Shown here one piece after another: positions 56,067 to 64,000 of a stretch of DNA of 64,000 bases. The notes beneath the pieces are model-generated. The model was given only the letters and a program-made list of their open reading frames with translations. It searched no databases and was not told the DNA's origin. The DNA is from Candidatus Spongiisociaceae bacterium (GTDB lineage Bacteria; Actinomycetota; Acidimicrobiia; Spongiisociales; Spongiisociaceae). Both the position numbers and the translations under genes were made by a program. The DNA lies in contig OZ241841.1 in the NCBI GenBank assembly GCA_965202665.1, positions 1,440,001 to 1,504,000 on the forward strand. The letters are read 5' to 3'. Positions within the stretch are counted from its first letter, which is position 1. Each line of letters begins with the position of its first letter.

Positions 56067-56299
56067 TATTTGACCCCGCGTCGGCGCATATCGGCCAGAA
56101 CCGCGTCGATTCCTTTGCGGTCGATGGTTTTCATCCCTTTGGCGCTGACGGTGAGGGTCACATGGCGCCGTTCCGAAGCAACCCAGTAGCGCCGTTTGTG
56201 GACGTTGGGCGTCCAGCGGCGGTTGGCCCGTTTATGGGAAAACGAGACTTTTTTGCCGAAAGTCGGTTTCTTGCCGGTAACCATGCAGATGTTGGACAT
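56063..56299 (-). CDS. rpmB: 50S ribosomal protein L28 (78-aa, Zn-ribbon-less form)
   Basis: [24 protein letters not shown]...VSAKG.KTID. Confidence 0.95.
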   Translation of the reverse strand: MSNICMVTGKKPTFGKKVSFSHKRANRRWTPNVHKRRYWVASERRHVTLTVSAKGMKTIDRKGIDAVLADMRRRGVKY

Positions 56300-56374
56300 T
56301 GTCAGACCCCGTTGCCGAATCCAAGGGAACCCCGCCATTGTAAACCGGATCCCCCCGGCGCGCAAGACGAACCC

Positions 56375-57613
56375 CTATTCGGGTTCCACCGCCGGGTCGT
56401 CCACATCGCGGTCCATGCCCGGCCCTCCCGCCGCCAGCCAATGGGCGTACGCCTCGTCGTTTCCCACATCCCGGTCCTGTTCCACCGCCATCAGAAAACG
56501 ATGATGCAGAAAATCCGTGTAGCGCTGCAACGGGTCCTGTTCGGGAAAATCCCCGGCCAGCCGTTCCAGCAACGGCTGCAGAACCTCCACCCGCCAGCGG
56601 ATGGCGGCCAGGGCCGCCCCGGCCGGTTCGCCGCCCGCCTCCGGCCCGGCCAAACTGGCCTGGAAATAGCGCAGGTCGCGGATAATCCAGCGGGCCTGAT
56701 GCTCGGACGCCTCCACCCGGGCCAACTCCCACAGCCGGTTGGAATGGTAGCTGCGGCCGCCCACCGCCACCCGGAAGCGGGCCTCGGTTCCATCCCCGGA
56801 CGGAGCGGGGCGGAACTGCAGGTCGGTGATGTGAAACCCCAGGTCATGCAACCGGGTGACCTTTTCCGTAACCCGGTAACGTTCGTTGCCCCCGAACCGC
56901 ACCGGTTCCGACAATTCCGCCCACAACGCGCGGTAGCGGGCGATGATGTCATCCCCCAAGGCCAGGTCGGCCTTCTCCCAAGAAAGGCCCTGCGCGGCGG
57001 CTGCATCGGCCATTCCCCCCGCCACGTTTTCCCGCATAATTTCCAGGTCGTGGTTGCGCTGGCCGTCGGACAGGCGGTCGTGCATCTCCACCGTCTCGGC
57101 GTCGATCATTATCGCCTGAATGGAGTTGGCGTCCCACCGGTAAAGCACGTTGGACAGGGAACAGTCCCCCCAGAAGCATCCCACCAGATGCAGTTCCGCC
57201 AGCAGGCCGGCGAAGGCGTCCAGCATCCGCCCCCGGTTGCGCCCGAACCCCCCCGCCTCCACCAACTCCCGGTAGGGGAACCCGTAACGGACGTATTCGG
57301 TGATCACCGCCGCCGCCCACTCCTCGGCTGGGTCCGCCCAGCTCCGCTCCACGATCCCCGCCACATGCGAAGAGGAACGGGTTTTGTCCTCCAACTCCCG
57401 TAGCACGTCCCGCTCGTGCCGGGCCAGATGCAACGGCAACTCTTTGATGGCGTAGATGCGCTCCCCGTAGGCTACGAAACGCACCACGTGGCGGTGGACG
57501 CCGGTGGGGACCTCCACCAACCTGCCCCCGCTCCAACTTTCCAGGGGGTTTTCCCAGTCCAGATCCAGGAAGTCGGGATGCCCGGAACGGATGGTGATCA
57601 CCGGTTGCGCCAT
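56375..57613 (-). CDS. DUF4032 domain protein (kinase-like fold)
   Basis: GVHRHVVRF, YAIKE, LHL.G.FWGDCSLSN.L, IDAET. Confidence 0.85.
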   Translation of the reverse strand: MAQPVITIRSGHPDFLDLDWENPLESWSGGRLVEVPTGVHRHVVRFVAYGERIYAIKELPLHLARHERDVLRELEDKTRSSSHVAGIVERSWADPAEEWAAAVITEYVRYGFPYRELVEAGGFGRNRGRMLDAFAGLLAELHLVGCFWGDCSLSNVLYRWDANSIQAIMIDAETVEMHDRLSDGQRNHDLEIMRENVAGGMADAAAAQGLSWEKADLALGDDIIARYRALWAELSEPVRFGGNERYRVTEKVTRLHDLGFHITDLQFRPAPSGDGTEARFRVAVGGRSYHSNRLWELARVEASEHQARWIIRDLRYFQASLAGPEAGGEPAGAALAAIRWRVEVLQPLLERLAGDFPEQDPLQRYTDFLHHRFLMAVEQDRDVGNDEAYAHWLAAGGPGMDRDVDDPAVEPE

Positions 57614-57656
57614 CAGGCCGGTCCGCGCCCGCCGCCGCTGAACCCCGGTGGGCGGC

Positions 57657-58634
57657 TCAGGGGACCGTCAGGGCGATTTTGCCCACCGCGCTCCGGTCGG
57701 CGAAGGCGGCCAAGGCTTGCCGGGCTTCGGCCAGCGGGTAGACGGCTGAGACGACCGGGTTGATTTTTCCCTCCGCCAACCAGTCCAGCAACTGCTCGAA
57801 GTTGGCCCGGTTGCGTTGCGGGGCGCGGGAGGTGAACGCCCCCCAGAACACCCCCACCACCGAACATCCTTTCAGCAGGGGCAGGTTGGTGGGGGCGGCG
57901 GCGATTTCCCCGGAGGTGAAACCGACCACCAGGATGCGCCCCTCCCAGTTGACGCAGCGCAGGCATTCCAAAAAAACATCGCCCCCCACCACCTCGAAGA
58001 TGACATCCGCCCCCCGCCCGTCGGTCAGCTCTTTGACCCGTCCTTTCAGGGACTCGCGGGAATAGTCGACGGTCTCGTCCGCCCCCGCCGCCCGCGCCGC
58101 TTCCGCTTTGGCTTCGGAGCCGACGGCGGCGATCACCCTCGCCCCCATCGTCTTGCCCAGTTGCACGGCCGCGCTCCCCGTCCCCCCGGCCGCTCCGGTG
58201 ACCAGCAACGTCTCCCCCGCCTGCAGGCGGGCCCGGTCCGCCAAGGCGTGGTATCCGGTGCCGTAGGTCATGGACAGGCAGGCCCCGGCGGCCATGGACG
58301 CCCCTTCGGGCAGGCGGAACACGTTGGAGGCGGGGGCGGCGAACTTTTCCGCCATCGCCCCATGCAGGCCGGAGCCGATCACCCGGTCGCCCACCTCCAC
58401 GCCGGTCACTCCCTCCCCCACCGCCAGCGCCCTCCCCGCCGCTTCCGCCCCGGGTACGAACGGGAGGTCGGGCCGGTGCTGATATTTGCCTTCGATCATC
58501 AGCAGGTCGGGGAAGTTGAGTCCCGCCGCCTCCACGCCGATCAGCACCTGCCCGGCCTGCGCGACCGGCTCCTCGAAATCCTGATAGGCCAGGTTTTGCA
58601 ACGGACCGAACTCGTGAACCACTTGCGCTTTCAT
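57657..58634 (-). CDS. NADPH:quinone oxidoreductase family (MDR)
   Basis: AAGLNFPD, PFVPGAE, TGAAGGTG, VVGF.SG, GK.AL. Confidence 0.92.
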   Translation of the reverse strand: MKAQVVHEFGPLQNLAYQDFEEPVAQAGQVLIGVEAAGLNFPDLLMIEGKYQHRPDLPFVPGAEAAGRALAVGEGVTGVEVGDRVIGSGLHGAMAEKFAAPASNVFRLPEGASMAAGACLSMTYGTGYHALADRARLQAGETLLVTGAAGGTGSAAVQLGKTMGARVIAAVGSEAKAEAARAAGADETVDYSRESLKGRVKELTDGRGADVIFEVVGGDVFLECLRCVNWEGRILVVGFTSGEIAAAPTNLPLLKGCSVVGVFWGAFTSRAPQRNRANFEQLLDWLAEGKINPVVSAVYPLAEARQALAAFADRSAVGKIALTVP

Positions 58635-58662
58635 ATTCCCTCCCTTAGGCGCGCGTGCCGCC

Positions 58663-61600
58663 TCATTTTACGGGTTTATCGGACGAGGGTACCGCCAGTT
58701 GGATGAGCCTGGCCGCGCCCCCTTCTATGACATAGCCCCGGCCGGGAAAGGGGCCGGTGCGGGGGGCGGGGAGCCGGACGCCGAACAGGTCTCCGTCGGC
58801 GCGGTCGGAGGGGGAAAGGATCACTCCCCGCCGCCGGTTTCGCAACAGGGAAGTCCAGTGGCGGTGGGCGGTGCGCAACACATCGGTTCGTCCGGCGGCT
58901 ATCACCGTTATGCCCCCCGTCCGTCGCTCTATGACGGGTTCCGCGGGGCCGTGGTCGGGGGTTTCCTCGGCGTCGTCTATGAGAAGGATGAGACGTTTGC
59001 CGTCCGTCCGGTCGTTGAGCAGGGGTTCCGCATCCTCCAAGCGGCGGAACACCGCCTCCAAGCCGGGGTGGTCGGCCAACGGGGAGGGGCGGGGGCAAAC
59101 GGCCGCCAGCGCCGTCCGCGGACAGAGGATGCGCACCGCGGAGGCCGCCGTCAGCAGGGCGGTGGAACGTCCGGAGCGGTTCGGGCCGGCGATGAGCAGA
59201 TGATCGCCCCCGTGCAAGGTGATGGCCGTCGGCTGCAGAGAAGCCCCGTCCATGCCGAGGGGCAAAGCCCACTCCAGGTCGGTCATGGAGCCGGCCTGCG
59301 CCGTTTGACGCAGGGAAACCCGGCGGGGCAAAACGGGGATGGGAGGGGCCGGAGGGCCGTCCGCCGCCTGTTGCGCGGTTCGTTTTACATCGGCCTCCGC
59401 CACCGCCGCCACCTGCACGTAATCCCCGGTGCGGGGGTCCGCCGCCCGCCGCGGGGGCAGACCGTCCATACCGGGCCGCATCCCCAGCATGGACCAGTCC
59501 AAAGGGTCGGCCAGGGAAAAAACCAGCCTGGCCCCGAAAGCCGACGACAGGGAAGGGGGGACGGCCCGGGCCTGGTCGGCGGCCGCGGCCGTCGCCACCC
59601 GGCGGGCCGGTCCCCCCCGGCATATCTCCCCGAACAGGTCCTCCAATCCGGTTTCCGCCAAGGCGGTCCGCAACTCGCCCAAATCGTCGACCAGCAAAAT
59701 CAGCCACGGTTGGGACGGCGGGGGCGGGCTTTGCCCCACCCGGTCCCGGAGCATCGCCAGCAGGCGCTCCAAACGTTCGGCGTCGCTCAGCGGGACGACG
59801 GAGCCGGTGTGCGGCAGATGTTCCAGCTCCGCCAGCCTTCCCCGCCCGCTGTCCAGCCCGTAGATGCGCAACCGGTCGGGACCGCGGGCGGAGGCCAGCG
59901 AACAGGCCGCTCCCAGCAACCCGTCTTGGGTTCCCGACCCCGCCTGTCCCATCAGCAACAGGTTGCCGTGGGAGGCGGGGAGCCAACTCCAAGGAACCTG
60001 ACGTTGCCGGTCGGGTTGGTCGGCTGCGCCCAGCGTCGCCTGCGGGGCCCCGTCCGGGGGCGGGTCGGGGAGGGACGTTTCCCCGAAGGCCAGGTCGGGG
60101 CGCAGAGGCGGGGCCCAGGGCCGGCGGGGGGCGGGGCGCCCCATTCCCTCCCAGACGCGGGAGGCGGCCGCCGCCAGCCGGGTCAGATCGGTTTCTTCCC
60201 GGCGGGCGGGTTCCGGGTCCGGGGAGGCGGGCGGGACCGGTTGGATCATGCCGAACAGGAACGGGGAAACCCGGATCTGCGGGCCCGTCTCCCCGCAACC
60301 CGAAACCAGGGCCGTTTGAAAAGGGATCGGCTCCTCCGGGCCGCGTCTTATAAAACCCCGCCCGGGGAGGGTGGGGGGCAACCCGGCCGCCAGCCCGGCC
60401 CCCGGGCCCGCTCCCAGCACGTCTTTGGAATCGGCCGTGGTTTGCACCCGCAGGCAGATGCGCAGGTTGACATTGGCCCGGATGGAATCTTTGACCACCC
60501 CGGCCGGTTGCTGGGTGGCCAGCGCCAGGTGCACCCCCAGGCTGCGTCCCCGCTGGGCTATGTCCACCAAGGTTTCCATAAAGCCGGGCAGCTCCCGGGC
60601 CAGCAGGGCGAACTCGTCGACGATCACCGCCAGCCGGGGCAGGGGTTGGCCGGGGGCGGTCCGCCGCAGTTGATCCAGGTCGGCCGCCCCCGCCTCCCGC
60701 AACCGCTCCTCCCGCCGGGCCAGTTCCGCTTCCAAAGAACGCAGGGCGCGTTCCCCCAGGCTTTCGTCCAAGTCGGTCACCAGTCCCACCGCGTGCGGCA
60801 GGTCGGCGCAGGCGTCGAAAGCCGCCCCGCCTTTGTAGTCGATCAGGACAAAGTTGAGAAAATCGGGGCTGTAACGGGCGGCCAAAGAGGCGATGAGGGT
60901 GCGCAGCAGTTCGCTTTTGCCGGAACCGGTGGTGCCCGCCAGCAGGCAGTGCGGCCCGTCCGCCGCCAGATCCACCAGCAACGGGCCGGCTTCGCCGACT
61001 CCGATGGGGGCGGACAGGCCGGCGGGCGGGGAGTTGGCCGACCATCGGGCGGCGATGGCGGACGCTAAGCCGTCGACATCGTCTCCTTCGGCGGGCGCTT
61101 TCGGCAAATCCAGCAGGCGAACCCGTTCCGGCAGCCGGGAGCCGGGGGCGGCCGCCTCCGGATCTTCCAGGCGGGCCAGGTTGCGGGCCGCCGCCTCCGC
61201 CACCCCCTCCGCTACGCCGGCCGTTTCCAAGGCCACCGCCGCCGCTCCCCGGCCGGGACGGCGCAGACGGGCGGGGGGACCCGTTTCCACCACCTCCGCG
61301 CACCCGGCCGGCAGCAACTCCGGCTTCTCCTCCAGCCACAGCCCCGCTGCGGGCCGTCCCGCTCCCAAAAGAATTTCCCGCAAGGCGCGACGATGTTCCT
61401 CCGGCAGACGGGGATGGTCCGCGGTGATAATCGTCACCGGGGCGGAACCGGCCGGGGCGGGGACGGCCAAGGCCGACAGCAAAGACTCGATCTCCGTCGC
61501 GGAGCAGGCCAGCAACCGGAGATCGGAGCGGGAGCCGGCCAAAGTATGCGGGGCCCATTTGATCCAATCCCATTGGCGGGGGCGGTCGGTTATGACGCCC

Positions 61601-62778
61601 ATCCGCACATCGGCCGGGCCGTGGGCGGCGGCCAGCTGGCATAGGACGGCCCCGGCCAAAGCGGCGCCCTCCCCGCGCCGGCCGGCGATGCCCAGGATGC
61701 TTCCCGGAGTCAGGCGGGCGGTTACCGGAATCCCGGTCATCGCCCCCCTCCGGCGGAGCAGGTCGGCCGCCTCCGGTTCCTCCTCTCCGGTCGGGCCGGG
61801 GGCCCAGCGCCCCGATCCGTAGCCGAGCGCGGCCCGCAGGAAGTCGGGATGGGCGGGGCGCCGCTCCCAGATGCGTCGGGAGCCGGTTTCCGCCCGGGCC
61901 AGCAACTCCCCGACCGACGGGTCGTCCAACAGGGCCTGGGCCCGCTCAACGCGCCGCCGCTTGCGCAACAGGCGGTCGAACTCCCGCAGGTCGGCGGCGA
62001 ACTTTTGCCCGGCGCCGCGGGTTTCCCGGCGACGGCGCCGCCGGTCTTCTATGAACTGCCCCGCCATCAGCAAAGGACTCATCAGGGCGAAGGCCAGAAA
62101 TATCATCCGCCCGAAAAAGAGGGCCATTCCCGCACCGGCCAATACGGGGAGGGCGAAGGCGGTCGCCCCCAACCGGCGCGGTTTGCCGTCCACCCGCTCC
62201 CGCTTCGGCGGCGGGGGAGCGGCGGCGGAACGTTGCGGGAGGTGGCGGGGCGGACGGTTGAAGAAACTTCGCGGCCCGGGCGGAGAAGGCGCGGGGCCGT
62301 CCGGCCAGGGGGCGACCCGCAGACGGTGCGGTCCGACGCACAGGCTGTCCGCTGGAAACGGCTTTCCGTTCCAAGACGCCCGGCCCCGTTCGTCCACCGC
62401 CAAAAAGGCGGGCGTTGTCCCCTCCAGCCGTATGTCCGCCTGCGAACCGCCCCCCGTTGCGTAGCGGCCCGGGGACAGTTTCCACACCCGCCCCGCCTGC
62501 GGTCCGGACAGCGCGTAGAGGGCGGCCGCCGGATCCGCCTCCGCCGTTTCGCCCCCCGGATTGGGATTTTGCAAGGAAACAATCGATCCGTCCCGGACCG
62601 AGCGGAACAGCGGCTCGCCCGGCTGGGCCGGGTTTCCGTCAATCAGCAAATCCCCCGGTTGGGGGTCGGCGCCCGCCGCGCGCAACAGATCGGCGATGAC
62701 CGCGTCTTCCGGCAGGCCGGTCACTTCCAGATCGCGGGATCGCCTCCCGTCCCGTACGGTGATGCGCAAAGGTTTCAT
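58663..62778 (-). CDS. FtsK/SpoIIIE-domain type VII secretion ATPase (EccC/EssC-like)
   Basis: FNRPPR, 2 TM helices, IWERR, DGPH.L.AGTTGSGKSELL, DYKGG, VDEFA, GRSLGVHL.LATQ; two further degenerate ATPase domains; PGRG. Confidence 0.88.
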   Translation of the reverse strand: MKPLRITVRDGRRSRDLEVTGLPEDAVIADLLRAAGADPQPGDLLIDGNPAQPGEPLFRSVRDGSIVSLQNPNPGGETAEADPAAALYALSGPQAGRVWKLSPGRYATGGGSQADIRLEGTTPAFLAVDERGRASWNGKPFPADSLCVGPHRLRVAPWPDGPAPSPPGPRSFFNRPPRHLPQRSAAAPPPPKRERVDGKPRRLGATAFALPVLAGAGMALFFGRMIFLAFALMSPLLMAGQFIEDRRRRRRETRGAGQKFAADLREFDRLLRKRRRVERAQALLDDPSVGELLARAETGSRRIWERRPAHPDFLRAALGYGSGRWAPGPTGEEEPEAADLLRRRGAMTGIPVTARLTPGSILGIAGRRGEGAALAGAVLCQLAAAHGPADVRMGVITDRPRQWDWIKWAPHTLAGSRSDLRLLACSATEIESLLSALAVPAPAGSAPVTIITADHPRLPEEHRRALREILLGAGRPAAGLWLEEKPELLPAGCAEVVETGPPARLRRPGRGAAAVALETAGVAEGVAEAAARNLARLEDPEAAAPGSRLPERVRLLDLPKAPAEGDDVDGLASAIAARWSANSPPAGLSAPIGVGEAGPLLVDLAADGPHCLLAGTTGSGKSELLRTLIASLAARYSPDFLNFVLIDYKGGAAFDACADLPHAVGLVTDLDESLGERALRSLEAELARREERLREAGAADLDQLRRTAPGQPLPRLAVIVDEFALLARELPGFMETLVDIAQRGRSLGVHLALATQQPAGVVKDSIRANVNLRICLRVQTTADSKDVLGAGPGAGLAAGLPPTLPGRGFIRRGPEEPIPFQTALVSGCGETGPQIRVSPFLFGMIQPVPPASPDPEPARREETDLTRLAAAASRVWEGMGRPAPRRPWAPPLRPDLAFGETSLPDPPPDGAPQATLGAADQPDRQRQVPWSWLPASHGNLLLMGQAGSGTQDGLLGAACSLASARGPDRLRIYGLDSGRGRLAELEHLPHTGSVVPLSDAERLERLLAMLRDRVGQSPPPPSQPWLILLVDDLGELRTALAETGLEDLFGEICRGGPARRVATAAAADQARAVPPSLSSAFGARLVFSLADPLDWSMLGMRPGMDGLPPRRAADPRTGDYVQVAAVAEADVKRTAQQAADGPPAPPIPVLPRRVSLRQTAQAGSMTDLEWALPLGMDGASLQPTAITLHGGDHLLIAGPNRSGRSTALLTAASAVRILCPRTALAAVCPRPSPLADHPGLEAVFRRLEDAEPLLNDRTDGKRLILLIDDAEETPDHGPAEPVIERRTGGITVIAAGRTDVLRTAHRHWTSLLRNRRRGVILSPSDRADGDLFGVRLPAPRTGPFPGRGYVIEGGAARLIQLAVPSSDKPVK

Positions 62779-62821
62779 AACATGCCGGGGGGCGGAGGCG
62801 GTTTCATCTTGCGCAGGCTGG

Positions 62822-63232
62822 TCAGGAGCTTACGGCTCGGATGCGGGCCAGCAGGTCCATCTCCGGGAAATCCCCGTCATCCGTGAAAACGCCGTCCGAA
62901 TCGTCGGTCTCTTCCAGCCAGCCGTTCGCAACCGGTTCGCCGCCGAAAGTCGGTTGCGGCGGGGGCGGGGCGGCCGCCAGGGCTTCGGCCGCTTCCAAAG
63001 CCCGGGCTATGCGCTCGGCGGCGGCCGCCCCCTCCTCCAAAAGACGGGCGGCCGCCGCCAACTCCCGGCTGCATTGCGCCAAGCGGTCGGCGGGGAAACC
63101 GGCGGCGGCCCCCGACAGAACTTCCAAGAGCCGCTCCAGGGCGCCCAGCGCATATTGCCGGTTGACGGCCGTTATTTGCCGCCCGATTTCCTCCATCCGT
63201 CCGGCCGCCGTCCGGTATTCCCCAGAGGTCAC
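62822..63232 (-). CDS. WXG100-like helical protein with Pro-rich/acidic tail
   Basis: Helical hairpin with central LSGAAA..F at the WxG position; lies between the WXG100 gene and FtsK. Confidence 0.5.
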   Translation of the reverse strand: MTSGEYRTAAGRMEEIGRQITAVNRQYALGALERLLEVLSGAAAGFPADRLAQCSRELAAAARLLEEGAAAAERIARALEAAEALAAAPPPPQPTFGGEPVANGWLEETDDSDGVFTDDGDFPEMDLLARIRAVSS

Positions 63233-63252
63233 CGCGCCGCCCGTCCGGCCCG

Positions 63253-63537
63253 TCAGCCCGCCGACACGTAATAGGTGTCGGCCATGTAGTTGAGGTCGGT
63301 TCCGTAGCGGACCAGCCCGTCCGAGTGGGTCTGCATGAACTCGGCCAGGCCCCGCAGGTGGGGCAGGGCCTCGTCCACCATGGCCCGGAAGTCGAGGGCC
63401 GACTTCGACTCCCAGCTGTCCTGCAAGGTGGTCACCGCGGCGGTGACCGAGTTCAGCAGGCCCTCCATTTCCCTGCTCCACGCGGCGAAGCTTTGCCCCA
63501 CCTCGATAATCCGGTTCCCATCGGCGCGTATCGGCAT
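63253..63537 (-). CDS. WXG100/ESAT-6 family protein
   Basis: 94 aa, central L..SWES.SA..F, AAGGAGG RBS, upstream of the EccC-like ATPase. Confidence 0.75.
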   Translation of the reverse strand: MPIRADGNRIIEVGQSFAAWSREMEGLLNSVTAAVTTLQDSWESKSALDFRAMVDEALPHLRGLAEFMQTHSDGLVRYGTDLNYMADTYYVSAG

Positions 63538-63705
63538 TTTCGCCTCCTTTCGGCTTGTTTGATTGCGCTTGCTCCTTTCCGGAGGGACGCTCTGTTTAAC
63601 AAGATACGAATTTTTTCCGCCGATTCAAGGGGGTTGTTTTCGGGCGCCGCGGAGAACCCCCGGCGGGGCGGCCGGGGGCGATTTGGGAGGGAGGGACGGG
63701 TTGGG

Positions 63706-64000
63706 TTAGAGGAACATCGGTTGGGCCAACGGGTTCTTGATACGGGGACGGTATTCCTCCGCGTCGTAGAAGGCCTCCACATCCACCGTGCGCGCCCCGG
63801 CGGTCAGAACCGACAGGTCGGCGAGGTCGTAGACGCCGTCCCGCAGGGCGGTCATCAGCCCGTAGCTCCCGCTGGCTACCATATCCGCCGCCATAATGCC
63901 GAAGTTGAAACCGGCCATCAGATCCAGGGTGTCGGGCGGGCCGCTGCGCATCAGGTATCCGACTTGTTGATTCATGATTTCGATGCCGGTGCGGGACTTG
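63706..64000 (-). CDS. 6-phosphofructokinase family, C-terminal part (5' end outside window)
   Basis: GYLMRSG.PD.LD...FG..A...VDV..FYD...YRP. Confidence 0.75.
   Translation of the reverse strand, partial: KSRTGIEIMNQQVGYLMRSGPPDTLDLMAGFNFGIMAADMVASGSYGLMTALRDGVYDLADLSVLTAGARTVDVEAFYDAEEYRPRIKNPLAQPMFL

Noticed and set aside
58676-61642. 988-aa and 789-aa alternative-frame ORFs (also 38511-40481, 44279-46204, 55355-57403)
   Set aside because: Stop-poor shadow frames of high-GC genes; Arg/Gly/Pro-rich with no motifs.

Overview
A high-GC actinobacterial chromosomal segment. The gene content and style (SLH/FG-GAP surface proteins, an ankyrin fusion, Mrr copies, many leaderless genes) suggest Acidimicrobiia, possibly host- or sponge-associated; this is inference only. 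From left to right: (1) an ankyrin-containing acyltransferase-3, manC, a crotonase, Mrr and a dGTPase; (2) an ~11-kb LacI-controlled catabolic operon with three SnoaL/ester-cyclase proteins, a bicupin, an alpha/beta hydrolase, a sugar ABC importer, an HpsN-like HisD paralog and an SDR; (3) housekeeping genes (prenyltransferase, pyrE, nfo); (4) a surface-protein island of two paralogous giant SLH proteins flanking a nucleotidyltransferase TA-like pair; (5) proC, udk, HhH-GPD, a TolB-like propeller and ghrA; (6) a cobalamin-riboswitch-controlled B12 uptake/cobO operon; (7) tRNA-Ile and tRNA-Ala; (8) crgA, trpG and the fhaA-fhaB-pstP-rodA-pbpA-pknB cluster; (9) a GH1 glucosidase and SDR with an intergenic 23-bp tandem repeat, a Zn-independent L28, and a minimal type VII secretion-like locus (two WXG100-like genes plus an FtsK ATPase). 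The strongest new signal is that both SLH genes have a TTGACA/-10 promoter whose spacer is a poly-G tract (G11 giving 16 bp, G12 giving 17 bp), plus a collapsed third copy. This is a candidate slipped-strand phase-variation system for surface-layer switching. No CRISPR, rRNA, integrase, transposase or reverse transcriptase was seen.
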